Below, in pieces: positions 27,001-40,837 of a stretch of DNA of 64,000 bases; the stretch's first letter is position 1, and every line of letters starts with the position of its first letter. The notes under the pieces were generated by a model. The model saw only the letters and a program-made list of their open reading frames with translations. It did no database searches and was not told the DNA's origin. Origin of the DNA: Azolla caroliniana (lineage: Eukaryota > Plantae > Polypodiophyta); contig JBHGNT010000005.1 of assembly GCA_043228905.1 (NCBI GenBank), forward strand, positions 20,956,001 to 21,020,000, given 5' to 3'. The position numbers were made by a program, and so were the translations under genes.

Positions 27001-28371
27001 ACTGTGATCATATCTTCCTTGATATCTTTCAATCTTGGAAAATTGACAGTTGCACTATTGTCATTAAGTCATTTAAGGATGGTTGCTTTGATCATCTCAT
27101 TGAGAACATAATCATTTAACTGGAGGACTCAGTAACATTCTCATCCACAATATTGGACAGGTTTCTTCTACCTTCCAAATCAAGGACAATTTAATCAGCA
27201 TTCCCGTCTGAAGTTTGATCTTCTTTTAATTCATGATTTTCTTGTTCAATTTGCTGAGGTGGTTTCTATCAGGGGCTCCTCGCTATTCAAGAGTTTGATT
27301 CCATCCAGACACTGCCAATACTATACTCTCCATGATCTTTCTCTGAGACTATGTCAGAGGTACTCCCCTCCATTACTCCTATTTGAAGTGCACTCTCTCT
27401 AGGCAGATATACGACATTCCGTCCCCTTTCAAAACTTTGGGTTGATGATATTGCTAGCTCTATGTTGCAGTATTCTTTCCTTCTGTGGCATTATTGGGTT
27501 GAGATTACTCAATGTTGTCACACCTATAATTGAGCTGAAGAATTGTTGTAACCACCATGAATCAGTAAAAGGATTTCTGTTGCACACTCCTTGTCTATTG
27601 CATTGAGAGATCTGAAAACCATCAGATCAGATCTTGACAGATCAACAACACACCCCCACTCCAAGGACCGAAATTCAAAAACAAGTTCTCTTTGTACAAT
27701 CTACAGGAATCACGAGTAGAAGAAAATAACAATAATAATACAACATTAGGAAATCCAATTATATATAGGACACAGATCCCCCTATATAATAAGTATTTTT
27801 ATGTTAACTCATCTCTCTCCTGCTCCCATGCTCGCTTTCCCGCAACTAACAATTTGCACCTCCGGTCAAGAGATGTTCTAACAAGTTAAAAACAACATGA
27901 CGAAGAGAGGGGTAGAAAGAGGACGGAAGGAAGAGAGCAATTCTAACCTGAGTGACTCTGAAATTGAAGTAAGGATCGAACTCATGGATAACACTCTCAT
28001 ATTTAATGACCTGCACAAAAAAAAGGAACGAAATTGAGCTAAGTCTGAAGAAGAAAATTTGACAGACAGATACACATATATATAGATTTGCAAAAGGAAG
28101 AAAATTGAGCTCATTCCAAAGAAGAAAGACAGAAATACAGAGATAAATATCGACATACACGCAAACATAGAAATCAAAGAATTTGCGAAAGAAAGGACAT
28201 TTTTTTCCTAATATGTAAAAGAGAGAAAGCAAAGATCTGGGATCGGATTGAATGTTGAGGCGAAGAGCCAATTACCGAGAAGAGACGAATAGAGAAGGCA
28301 AGGAGACCGATGAGGAGGAGGATGATGGAGGCGAGTATCGATCCGAAGGCTCCCGCGAGGCGAGAAGCCAT
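18081..28371 (-). CDS. STT3A: Oligosaccharyltransferase catalytic subunit STT3A, ~23 exons
   Basis: Exon 1 28371-28276 ([13 protein letters not shown]...FSIRLFS); exon 2 28010-27948 ([21 protein letters not shown]); [24 protein letters not shown]; SYDNEA; ASVSEHQP; WWDYGYQ...DNNTWN; [14 protein letters not shown]; [14 protein letters not shown]. Last exon 18161-18081 ends [11 protein letters not shown]. Junctions checked are GT-AG. Confidence 0.95.
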
Positions 28372-28697
28372 CGATCTCTCTGATCCTGTGTCTCTGTGAC
28401 TGTCCCTGAGCCAAGCTGTCTGTGCCTCTGTTTCTCTGTCTATGTACTTTCTCTGTCTCAGAGCTGCAGAAGAGGAGAACAGGGGAAGAAGAAGGAAGAA
28501 GAAGAAGAAAAAGAAGAAGAAGGAGAAGGAGAAGAAAAGAAGAGTAGATTTTCTAGGCCTGTATTATTATTTATTTACATAAATGGCCTGCCTTTTTTTC
28601 TTCCTTTTTTTCTTCATCTCCTTAAAACCACACTCCACTCTCTCTCTCTCTCTCCAGAACCCTCTTTCCTTTATTCTTCTTTCAATCATATCATTAT

Positions 28698-29286
28698 TAA
28701 CAATCGGTTCGGTTCGGTTTGAGGGGATCAAAACCGAACCGTTTAAATTAAAAAAACCTGAACCGAACCACGAAACCGTTAAACATTTTTCAAACTGTTA
28801 AACCGTAAAAACCGCGGTTTCGTGGTTCGGTTTCGGTTTTCAACATAGGTCAAAATTTTCTTCTTTCAATCATATCATTATTAACAATCGGCAACGGTTC
28901 GGAACCGAACCGTTAAAAAAAAAATTAAACCTGAACCGAACCACGAAACCGTTAAACATTTTTCAAACCGTAAAAAACCGCGGTCTCGTGGTTCGGTTTC
29001 GGTTTTCAACATAGGTTAAATTTTTTATTTTTTAAAATTTATAATATATCTAAAATGTGAGAATAAGGTTTTTATTTTTTATTTTTTAAAATTTATAATA
29101 TTTCTAAAATGTGAGAATAAGGTCTAGAAATATTATATTAAGATTTTTAGACCTTTTAAATTTTTTAAGATGTTCCTAAAATGTGAGAATAAGGTCTAAA
29201 AATGAAAAGATTGTTTAAACCATTAAGCCATTAAATTGCAGTTTCGCGGTTCAGTTCGGTTCAAACCGAAGTGTTGCCGATTGTTA
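28698..29286. mobile_element. hAT-type MITE with AACCGAACC subterminal repeats and a duplicated left end
   Basis: TIR TAACAATCGGCAAC (28882) ... GTTGCCGATTGTTA (29286). 8-bp TSD ATCATTAT at 28874-28881 and 29287-29294. Left end plus flank is duplicated at ~28675-28860. Confidence 0.8.
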
Positions 29287-29944
29287 ATCATTATTCCTTT
29301 TAACACAACTCAATTGACCATAATAGAACAAAAATTTGCCTGCTTGCACGTTTCGTATCATAGAAAGCCAAGCATTTCATATTCTGTGCGCTTAGAAATA
29401 GAAAGCAAGCATTTCCTATTCAATGCGCTCCGAAAGCAAGAGTTTTGTATTCAATGCGCTTAGAAAGCAAGAGTTCCATATTTTGTGTGCTTTGATCCCT
29501 TGGGATAATCTCAATAGCGCACAACCTTTGCCATTTTTTCAATGGACGTCACGTCAATCTTAACACTTTTATGTGAACGAGCTTTACAACCTCAACTATC
29601 CGATATTATTCGCCACATGACTTATCTCTAGAGCATTAATTATTCTTTTCAATGAATGTACCATGGGCGGCCTTGACACTAGGTCATGCTTAAACCTTAA
29701 TGAACATGTACCTCCAAAAGACATGTATATTCATCTAGATTTTAAAACCATAAGTTAGGCTTAGCTAAACTAGGCGAGCTTAACGTAGAGGAAGTATGAA
29801 GGCCAAATCTAAAACCCTAGTTTGATATACTTTCATTGACAATGGGTGAGCTATGAGTAGGGTACGAAGAACTAGTGATAATAGTTCCATAAGGGAATGA
29901 CGCTTTATAAGAGTTCATCGAATGTTCTAACCAAATATATGTCT

Positions 29945-30064
29945 TAATCGACAACAGTTCGGTTCGGTTTAGGTTCAAAAAATTTTAAACAGTTCAGTTT
30001 CGGTTCGGTTCGGTTCGGTTTTAAAGGTTTAAAATTGCAATTTAAACGGTTTAATGGTTTCTAA

Positions 30065-30105
<41 letters not shown>

Positions 30106-30398
30106 TATTAAACAACCTTTTCATTTTTAAGCCTAATTCTCACATTTAGGAAAAATCTTTAAAATTTTGAAAATAAAAATTTGAAATAATGAAAAATTTT
30201 AAATTTTAAAATTTGACCTAAGTTGAAAACCAAAACCGAACCACGAAAACCACGGTTTTAGCGGTTTAATTGTTTAACTATTTGGTTTTTTACCTAATGG
30301 TTTGGTTTAACAATTTCGTGGTTCGGTTCAGGTTTCAAAATCTTTAAACAGTTCAGTTTGGACACTCTTGAACCAAACCGAAACGTTGCCAATTGTTA
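29945..30398. mobile_element. Second, older copy of the same MITE family, inverted
   Basis: GGTTCGGTTCGG/AACCGAACC arrays and right end GTTGCCAATTGTTA; left end degraded; (TA)n at 30070-30102. Confidence 0.7.
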
Positions 30399-30399
30399 C

Positions 30400-33300
30400 A
30401 TAGAACATGGTTTTTGTCAATCTAGAACCATGTGAACCTTCATTGGATCATAATCTCGCAATCATTATAGACTTTAAACGCTCACTTAACCATTCATGTA
30501 CTTGTATCAGCAAGCTGGGAATCTAGAATTCCATTGGCATGACTACTTCAAGGCTGAATGCTAGCTCAAACGGTGTCGACCGAATGTTCATTTTATAGGT
30601 TGTTTGGTATGCTGACAAAGTGCTTTGTAGTTTCGTGTCCCAATCCGTTTGGTTCTCATTTACAATTTTCCGCAGTATGTTTTGTAGCTTCTTATTTGTT
30701 GACTCTGCCAATCCATTGGCATGGGGGTAATATGGCGTGCTTCTCTTGTGGACTACTGCGTAAAATGTCGTCAAATTCTCCACCACTTGTCCGATGAAGT
30801 GTCCACCTTGGTCGCTTACTAGCTCAATTAGACACCCGAACCAACACCAGATATACTCATATAGAAACTTTGTCGTGGATGCCGTAGTGTTGCCCCATAA
30901 CACCTTTTCCTCTACCCACTTTGTGCAATAATCCATTGCTACTAGAATGTATCTGTTTCTGGTTTGCATTGTTGTCGGCTTAAATGGGCCGACAAAGTCC
31001 AATTCCCACTTTTGAAACGGTTCTAACGGGAGTATTGGTTGGTGTGGCATGCATGCTTGTTCCGTGAGTTGCCCCATTTGCTAGCATAAATCACACTCCT
31101 TAAAGTACCGTACAAAGTCCTTTAGGGTGGTCGGCCACCATAAGCCTCTTCGCCATATTTTCCGCGCCGTCACGTCTTCGATGTAATGCACTCTGGCAAC
31201 TCCATAGTGCGCTTCGTGGAGGACCGCCTCCTTTTCATCACTCTGTTGACCTAAAAAGTGTTCCGGAGTAATGTGAACGGGGATGAGTCAGCAAGTAGGA
31301 GTAGAATAATATAATAATTATTAGTATATTATAGGAACAGACAGATTCGAATAGTTGTACCAATCCGGATATGCACCAATTGATAGCCGGTAGCCAATAA
31401 GGCACTGTTTTGTAAGCTCTACCAGATGCCTATAAAAGGGTCTGGAATCGATGTAAAAGATTAACGAAAGTAATAAGAGATTACTGTTCCTAACTCTATT
31501 GTTCCTTGTGTACTTAACTATTAATCTTACGCGTGTTATAAACAATTGGTTGTGTATTAAGTAATTGGGAGGGCATCTGGTACACAGTTGGATCGGAATC
31601 GGATAACATTCATATCCTAACCACCCCTTTGAAGAAGTGTTCCGGAACGGACAACCTATGTTTCTGGCTAAGTCCAGCCCAAGATAAACACAGTTTTGGC
31701 GACCAAAACGGCGAATCCCCTTTGGAGTCAAGAGTCCACGAATGATACGCAGTGGTACTATGTGCAAGAAGAAGTCGACGAATGATACATGGTGGTGATG
31801 TTTGGGAGGAAGTCGCAAAATGATATGTGGTAGAAGTATGTGTGAGAAATGTGTGAGAATGGCAAAGACATGTGCAAAGGTGTGGTTAGCGACAACGTGT
31901 GTGTGCAGGAAAGCATGGTGTGAGAGACAACCGGAAAGACAGACGGAGACGAACAATGACAGACATAGAAACATAGAAACACTGAACGACATCCAGAATG
32001 GACCGAACTGACATTGATGGAAATGACACGGTTGGATTGGAAACACATGGACGGACAAAAGAATGGACAGAGTCGGGCCGGAGAAAGCATAATGATCGGA
32101 AAGACATAGCAAGACTACACAAATGGCCAGACAGTCGGAAGACGATAAGATAGCGACGAAGAGACCGAAAGACACGGCCAAAAAGTTGCGGCATAGAAGC
32201 GGCACCGGCCGGCGTGACGACCAAGCAAAGACCAGAACGACAACCGAAAGAAGACGAAAATGCCAGACAAAGGGACAAAGATGACCAGGATAGTTATAGT
32301 CGAACACACATACACAAAACGGTTTTTTAAAGACCCGAAGAAGGATCATACCAATGTGAAAGTGCTGATAGAACGGGAATGCTCATATCGAGGCAGATAT
32401 GCTAACCGAAGGAGATTTTCGAGTTAGCATTCTGATCGAGGGAGTTGATCAATGAAAGGACCAATGAAGTTTTCGGTCGATTAGAGATGATCAAGGAATT
32501 TGGGATCGATGTGCAAGGCATTGCCCACGGGTGTGCCATAATGTGTTACCGTACGAGATGTACAGAAAGTTGAGTGAGGGTGAAAAGACTTAATGTTGTT
32601 GTGTGTATGTGTAACGTATACGATTATAAATGTGAATGTATACGTAGGTGTGAGTGAGTGATTAGTGTGAATGGCCAAGGGGGATTGCACCTCTATGTAT
32701 CTACCCTTTTGTAACTATTTAACCCCCTTACGGGGAATGAATGACGAACGAACAAGTTCTCTCTTAATCTCTCTCTCTCTCTTTGACATCTTTTCTCTTC
32801 TCTCCTCTCTCACATTGACCCCCCTTGGGAGGGACATGGATCCATTCTAGGCACTACCCCCACCCCGCAATGCTTCTCAATGCTCATCCCATAATCTCCC
32901 ATCACCATATATGTTCATCATCAATCCATCCTCGCTAACCATTTCCATCTTCGTTGCTATCATAACCCTAAATCTAACCCTATAACATGCTCAGGACTGC
33001 TTGTCGCCACAGTCTGTTGGCTCCCTTGTGATACAAGGTGTCTTGTAAAAGGCAAAAATGCTTGCTCTACACCGCTAGACGTTTTCGTTCATCCTAGTTC
33101 AACTTCTCCGGTGGTAGTCTGTACTTAAGAACTATTTCATATACTTCATCCATTTATCTTCAACGATTACCGATTCATCTGCTGCCTCCTCCGTGGTGAT
33201 CGTGAACAACTGTGCGTACGGAAACTCGTCCCGGACGCCATCACTAGACTCGCCGGATTCTAACCATCTCTAGTAATCGGTCACGACATGTTGCACTCCG

Positions 33301-36300
33301 GGTCGATGGTAGATGTTGAACTCAAACTCCTGCAGTAGTAGGGTCCATTTGGCTAGCTTCTCGGTAAGTGATGCTTTCGACACGAGATATATCAATGTTG
33401 AGTGATCGACATGGAATGAAAACTTCCAGCCCAATAAGTAGTGCCAATACTTCTTCACAGTATATACCATTCCTAACGCTTCTCGTTCCGTTGTAGAGTA
33501 ATTTGGTTCAGCCCTCAAGAGCTTTCGGCTTGCATAGTATACCGGCCGATACCACTTCGGCTCCGTAAGTCGCATTAACACACTTCCGATGGCCACATTT
33601 GAGGCATCCACAAACACATGAAATTTTTTTGACCAGTCAAGTGGTTGTACCATTGGGGCTTGTGACAACATTACTTTGAGCGCTTGATAAGCTTTCTCCT
33701 CCTATTTTGTCCACTGAAACAGTAGTCAGTGTACCGTTGCATGCAAAATCTGCTAAGTATCAGAGCATTTGACTGTGCCACCGGATTTGACCGAGAAATC
33801 TACTCAGGGATTTTGCGGTTGTCGGTGCCGGTCCTTGTAAAATTGCTTTGACTTTGTCCGGATCGACCACAATCCCGTCTTTACTAATGGTATGCCCCAA
33901 TAATGCTTTGTTGGGGACCCCGAATATGCATTTTGTTGGATTTAAGTTCAATAAGGCAGTCCTGCATTTTTCTAGACACGGCCGGAGATGAGCTAAATGT
34001 TTTGTTTTTCAACCATATACGACAAAGTCATTCAGGAACGGACTAGGAACACCTGCATGAACGCCAGAATATATTGTCCAAATATTTCCATTATAATTCT
34101 TTGGAGTGTTGTTGGTGTGGTCTTGAGTTTGAACATCATTACCACAGTGAGAAAAACTCCCCATTTCGTGACAAATGTCATTTTTTCTTGGTCACCCGAA
34201 TGCATCTGGATCTAGTTATAACCACTGAACCTGTACAGGAAGCTATACAACTTGTGCCTGGCAATTGCATCAAGTACTCTATGCGTGAAGGCGAGCGGGA
34301 ATGCATTGGTGATAGTGGTTGCATTCAATTTCTTGCCATCGATGCATACCCAGGAATTTCCGTTCTTTTTGGGTACTACGATAATCGGGCTTAGCCACGT
34401 AGCTTGCTTCACTGACCGAATGAAGCCCACTCGTAATAATTCATCAATTTCTTCCTTCACCTTCAACACATAATTCAGATTCATCCAGTAGCATCTATGG
34501 GCTATCGGTTTTGTGTCCTTGCTCAAGTGTTGATATAGCTTTAGGTCCAGTCCCCGCATATCCTCATATGACCATGCGAATACGTGCTTGAAATCCTTCA
34601 GTAATTCCACCATTTCTGTCTTCTCTTTTGGTGGTATCTCCTTGGCCACGTTTATTGGTCGTGGTTCCTTGCTTGTGCCAAGGTCCACTTCCTCCAGTGT
34701 GGAGGCTTTTACTCGATGTGACACGCCCATCTCCCTCTCTAAAGCCTCTTGTGCTTGCCGGAGTTCCCGGATCGTCTCCCGATCCGGTTTTTCTGTATCT
34801 CCTTCCCAATTCGTAACGTACGGTGTGATCGTTTCTGCTATGTCCACCTCGAATAGTGACACTATTTTAGGAATTTCCTCCAAATACTGGTCCACTTCCT
34901 CCTCAGCCAGCCTATCCAACATGTTGATTCCTTCGGCATACAACGACGTTAACTGTTTGCTTGTTCTGGCCCGTTCTTATGTTGGTACCCGGACCTTGGT
35001 TTTACTGTGTTAGAAACTAGTCATACTCTTTTGCCAGTTTTGGTTAATGTGGGCCATCTTCAACCAGGGCCTGCCCAACAGTAAAGGGTATGCTCCAAGT
35101 GTATTTAATTGCAACACGACCGCAGAGATCCGGAATACGTGTCCTCTAATTGTGATTTCCAAGTTTGGAATTAGTCTGGTTGGTTGGACCAAACTTGTTT
35201 CCACCATTCGCAACCAGAATGGGCATGACTCCCATTCCTGGATTCCCAGTGTGTCGCACATTCTTATGTTGATTGCACGTACACCGGATCCTCCATCTAT
35301 GATCATGTTGGTTACTTCTTTACCCTTGATGATCACTGTTACGACCGAACTGTTGGTATCCACCACCGCTGGTGCTTCACTTGGGTTTGTGAAATATGTT
35401 GATGCCCCTACCAGGTTCGGTGGACCAGTGCCGATTTCAAGCTTTCGGTAAATCGGGAAACCAATTGTAATAGTCGACCCAATGGCAACATGATTTTCCA
35501 TTGTTGGAGTGCCTGCCATGATGGGTCTATGTTGGTGATGCCAGTTGTTTCTTCTAACCTCTTGGCCTACTCCTTCATGTTGTCGATGTTCCGTTGATTG
35601 GCTTGTTGTATCCACTACACAACGTGTTTGTGGATCGCTTCTTGCATTTCCTATTCTACAACCTTTCCTTTTGATTGGGTCGTGACTTGCTAGACATCTG
35701 TGACCTCGATGATTACCATATTTACTGCCGGTTGTTTCTCTTTACTCTTGACTGGGCATTGACTGCTATAGTGCCCTTCTTGCCAACAATAATAACAATA
35801 TATCTTCCGGCCCGACCCAATTCACCTTTTTCTTCGCTTGTCGGTTGAATACTGGGAGCCATCTGATTAGCCTCCTCCTGTCTTTGTTGCTCTGGCTGTG
35901 GAATAGCCTGATCCCTATCTGACCCTCGGCGGTACTCGCGGTCCATGTCCCGACGCTCATTCCTTCAATTGAAACTTCCCCATCGGTGGTTTGGATTGCG
36001 GCGGCGGTTATCGTATCCATGTCTGTCTAGGTATTGTTGTTCTGATCCTCGTCTTCGGTCATATTCCAGAGAATAATCTCTCTCGTAACGGTTCTGCAAG
36101 TACTTATCTCTCCGTTGGTCCTCATACCGGTATCTGCCCTCTAGTCTATAGTGGTCCTCTCTTCGGAACCGATCCTCATCCGGTCGCCGTTCATCCCGGG
36201 GCTCAATCTGTCTGACAGGCATTGCCTACCGATTCAATAAATTATACTCGCATCGGTTCGTGGTATGTGTCCTAGAGTGACACAATAAACATTGAGACCA

Positions 36301-36480
36301 CATTGTGCATTCCAACTGCCTATTGGAACTAAACTTCCTCCTCTTTGGGAAATTCACATTGTAGGGCTCAAATTGCCAGGGTTTGGGACGCCGCCAGCAC
36401 CAGGTACGACTCGACACCACGATAGTGGTATGGGACGCCGATCGAGGCTTGAGTCCGTCTCGATCCCTTCGCTCGGGGGT
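30400..36480 (-). mobile_element. Degenerate non-chromovirus Ty3/gypsy internal region (gag-PR-RT-RH-INT); no LTRs recognised
   Basis: Gag remnants 35.7-36.4 kb; protease MIIDGGSGV (35010-35615); RT FAWSYEDM, WLSPIIVVPKK; RNase H FVDAS, YSTTEREALGMV; integrase WELDFVGP, SDQGGHF, PYYPHANGLAE. Confidence 0.88.
31244..32987. mobile_element. Solo LTR (~1.74 kb) inserted in the gypsy integrase region
   Basis: TGTT...AACA termini; flanks CACTC and TGCTC; integrase reading (RQAVLS|DEKEAVLHEAH) resumes on either side. Confidence 0.75.
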
Positions 36481-36494
36481 GGTCGGCTGGATCA

Positions 36495-36593
36495 ACACCC
36501 TTCTTTCTCTCTCTCTCCTTTCTTATTTCTTATATATTTTATCCTTATCATATGCGTACGTTAGATCATAACTTGAACAGTTGGTATCAGAGC
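36495..36593 (+). mobile_element. LTR 3' end plus tRNA-Met PBS of another, truncated LTR element
   Basis: ...TTGAACA followed by TGGTATCAGAGC at 36582-36593; opposite strand to the adjacent gypsy remnant. Confidence 0.55.
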
Positions 36594-36707
36594 TCATATT
36601 TCTAATGTTTCTTTTGTTGGTTTTTGTTTTCTTCTTGATTGATGTTGATTGATTGACGTGTAGTCAACCTTCATCTAGATAACAATCAACAAAAGAATTT
36701 CAATAAC

Positions 36708-39700
36708 TGTCATGATATGGCAAGACTCGAACCCATGACCTTATGCTACATGGATTGAGCTCTTGACCATTAGACCATACCTTGTAATATGTAGAATATT
36801 ATTTTCATTTATGTTTTATTATAGAAAATTGATGTATATTCCAAATTTCTCTGGAACATTCTAGAAACTTCAAGAGTATTCCTCAGAACACTATATATAA
36901 AAGGCGGCACAAGGCATTATTTCGAACCAAATCGGTTCAACGCTAGTCTTAAGCCTCCTAGCTACTACTGTACATTCTCTTTACATAATATATATCTTTT
37001 CTTATCATCACTCTCTCCTCTCTCTCTCTCTCTCTCACTCTTTCCTTCTCTCGAGAGTTCTTCACCTCTCTTAGTACTAATACTTCTTTTAGTACTAATT
37101 CCTTCTCTGTCTTAGTACTGTTCATGACAGTTTGAACCAAATTTTGCTCGTTCTTCCTTCCTCTTCTTCCTTTCCTCCTCTTCCTTTTATCTTCTTATTA
37201 ATCCTCTTATCCTCCCTAGTAAAATGGAAACTGTTAGCGCTCAGGAATACCAATTTGTTTTCTCGGAGCTCCAGTGCTTAAAAGAGAAATTTGTAGCACT
37301 AGAACAAGAAAATCATCGTTTGTTGGGGGATCTTCAACAAATAACGCTGGAAAAACAACAACAACATGGGGAGCTGACGTTACGTGTACAACAACTCGAA
37401 GCGACTATCATATCATTACAACAACAAGGATCAAGCACTCAAGGGATTCACAAAGAACCCAAGATCGGTCTTCCTGCAAAATTTGATGGGACCCGATCAC
37501 AGTTTAGAGGGTTTTTGAATCAGGTACGTTTAGTGATACAAATGCATCCTTCTCGATATCCCACCGATGCATCTCGAGTGGGACTAGTAGGCACTCTCCT
37601 TAGTGGCTCAACATTAGCATGATTTGCTCCATTGTTGGAAAAGGAATCTCCATTACTAAACAGTTTTGAAGAATTTATAAGTGAGTTTAAAGCCTGTTTT
37701 GGAGATACTAACAGCATAAGGACTGCAATCAACAAAATCCGGCGATTACGCCAAGGTGACCGTCCAGCCTCCGCATATGCTGCAGATTTCCGCCTACTCG
37801 TTGCCGATATCCCGTGGGATGATCACGCCTTGATGGAGCAATTTCGTTATGGTTTACACAACGATGTCAAGGATTTACTCTTGACCTTCCCCGAAGAGCC
37901 AAAGTCATTAACAGAAGCAATCAGTCGTGCGGTGAGATGCTACAACCGCCTCTTCGAACGACATTCGGAACGACAATTCCAGATTTCGAGGGCAAGATCA
38001 GAGCCTACTTACGCCTCAGTGGTAGCGAAACCTTTTCCGAGGGAGTCATATAATGCACCTCCAATAAGTACTCCAACTCCGATGGAAATTGACACCACAC
38101 GTCGTCATGGACCACTATCGGAAGAAGAAAAGGAATGACGTCGAGCAAACCGATTATGTCTTTATTGCGGTGGACCAGGGCATATCGCGGTAAACTGTCC
38201 CCATAGGCCAAGAAGGCATTTACATCGGCTCCAATTCTAGCTCATGTCGATCAGGAAAAACCATTCATTATCGAAGCAGTTGCATCGGATTTCGCATTGG
38301 GGAGCATTATGTCACAATGAGGTAATGATGAGAAGCTACATCCTGTGGCTTTTCACTCACGCAAGTTTGACGCCGCTGAAATCAACTACGAAATTCATGA
38401 TAAGGAGCTATTGGCAATAGTGGACTCTTTTACGCAATGGAGGCATTTTCTAGAGGGATCCTCTCATCAAGTTACCGTATTCAGTGACCACAAAAACCTT
38501 ACCTACTTTCAGGACGTTCATGTGCTAAATCGATGTCAAGCTCGGTGGGTCCACTTCCTCACGCGTTTCGACTTCAAAATTACATATCGTCCGGGGAAGC
38601 ACCAAGGGAATGCAGATGCATTATCACGGCATTCGTACCTAGCACTGCATCCCGGCGAACCAACTTTTGATAACCAAAAGCAAGTAATCTTGGGACCGAC
38701 ACGACTGCAAACAACATAGGTCTTTGGCATGCCAATGGATTCCCACGTTATCGATACTATACGTGAGGACTTGAAGACCGATGCTTTCGCCCAAGCCATT
38801 CTAGCACAAATTGATCCCTCTTGAGCATCTTGTTCACAGTCACAACCACCAGGTACGGACTATTGGCAATTCAAATACCATGATGGATTACTATTCTTTA
38901 ATGAACTCTTGTATGTTCCTAATGGTTCTTGCCGCCTTCGAGTAGTTCAAAACTGTCATGACACATATACAACTGGGCATTTTGGTAGTACTAAAACATT
39001 AGATTTAGTACAACGATCATTTTGGTGGCCCAGTATGCAACAATTTGTCGAAGATTTTGTTCGGACTTGTGATACATGCTGCAGAGCGAAAATGCCAAGG
39101 CATCATCCATATGGTTTATTAGAACCATTACCAATTCCAAGCAAGCCGTGGCAATCCATTGCTCTAGACTTCATCACAGATCTTCTAGTCTCTAAGGGGT
39201 TTAATGTGATTCTAACAGTCGTAGATCGATATACGAAGATGGCTCATTTCTTGCCATGTACTAAGGAAATATCCAGTGAAGAAACCACTGAAATTGTCAT
39301 GCGTGAAGTATGTCAGCATCATGGCCTTCCCGATAGTATCATCAACGACCGTGGACTCTAGTTTGTATCGAAATTTTGGAAGCACCTTTTTAAAATGCTC
39401 AAGGTCACGTGTAACCTCTCCTTCGGCTACCACCCACAAACGGATGGCCAAGCAGAACGAACAAATCAAACATTGGAGCAGTATCTTCGGTGCTTTCTAA
39501 GCTATCATCAGGATGACTGGGTAGATATTCTCCACTTCGCCGAATTTGCCTACAATAACTCTATCCACACATCGACTAAAGTTACGCCATTTTATGCTTA
39601 TACGGGTTCTCACCCTTGGTGGTGTGTATTTGAAACCCTAGAGCTGTCCACAAATCCTTGCACAGAGGATCATTTAGAGTGGTTACGCAAGATACAAGCC

Positions 39701-40701
39701 GATTTATCTACTCATCTCCAACAAGCTCAACAAACACACAAGGTTTATGGGGATCGTCATCGACTTCCATCCAATTTTAACATTGGAGATCGGGTATGGC
39801 TACTACGATGACACATCAAGACTACTCGCCCATGCGAGAAGTTGGATTATCGGCGATTAGGTCCTTTTCGTATTATAGGAAAGATTAATGATGTCGCTTT
39901 TCGTCTCGATCTACCTCCGCAACTTTGGATACATTCGGTGTTTCATAGTTCTCTCTTCGAACCCTATCAAGAGAACACCATCCTAGGACGTATTACACAG
40001 CCTCCACCCCCGATCGAGCTTGAAGATGGACCTGAGTACGAGGTTGCCGCCATCCTTGATTCCAAGATTATTCGCAACAAGCTCTACTATCTAGTCGATT
40101 GGCTAGGATATAGTCCTAACGAGCGTACTTGGGAACCGATAGAGAATGTGACCAATGCTCGTGCTCTTCTTGAAGATTTCCATCGTCAATATCCAGAAAA
40201 ACCGGTTCCTCAATCCAAAACGACTCGTGACACTCGTCGTTTTAAAGGAGGGATAGTGTCATGATATGGCAAGACTTGAACCCATGACCTTATGCTACAT
40301 GGGTCGAGCTCTTGACCATTAGACCATACCTTGTAATACGTAGAATATTATTTTCATTTATGTTTTATTATAGAAAATTGATGTAGATTCTAGATTTCTC
40401 TGGAACATTCTAGAAACTTCAAGAGTATTCCTCAGAACACTATAAAAGGAGGCACAAGGCATTATTTCGAACCAAATCAGTTCAACGCCAGTCTTAAGCC
40501 TCCTAACTACTAATGTACATTCTCTTCACATAATATATATCTTTTCTTATCATCACTCACTCACTCACTCACTCACTCTCTCTCTCTCTCTCTCCCTCCC
40601 TCTCACTCACTCTTTCCTTCTCTTGATAGTTCTTCACCTCTCTCAGTACTAATACTTCTTTTAGTACTAATTCCTTCTCTGTCTTAGTACTGTTCTTGAC
40701 A
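36708..40701 (+). mobile_element. Tcn1-like chromovirus, copy 2, internally deleted (no protease/RT)
   Basis: LTRs 36708-37129 and 40257-40701; perfect TSD ATAAC. Gag at 37224-38215 is joined directly to RNase H, integrase and chromodomain (EYEVAAILDSKIIRNKLYYLVDWLGY). Confidence 0.95.
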
Positions 40702-40837
40702 ATAACTTTTCCTTCTTTTTATTATTTTATTCTTTCTTCTCCCAATCTAATAATGTATAGTTAATATGTGTTGTTTTTCATTGATTCAATGATGTTGTAG
40801 TGGTAATTAATTGGTTGTATAAAACATTTACATATGT

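Noticed and set aside
26700-27650. Possible LINE or other TE remnant in STT3A intron 2
   Set aside because: Composition is suggestive, but no recognisable motif or ORF.
31321-32349. 342-aa hydrophobic ORF
   Set aside because: Lies in a solo LTR, has low-complexity composition and shows no recognisable domain.
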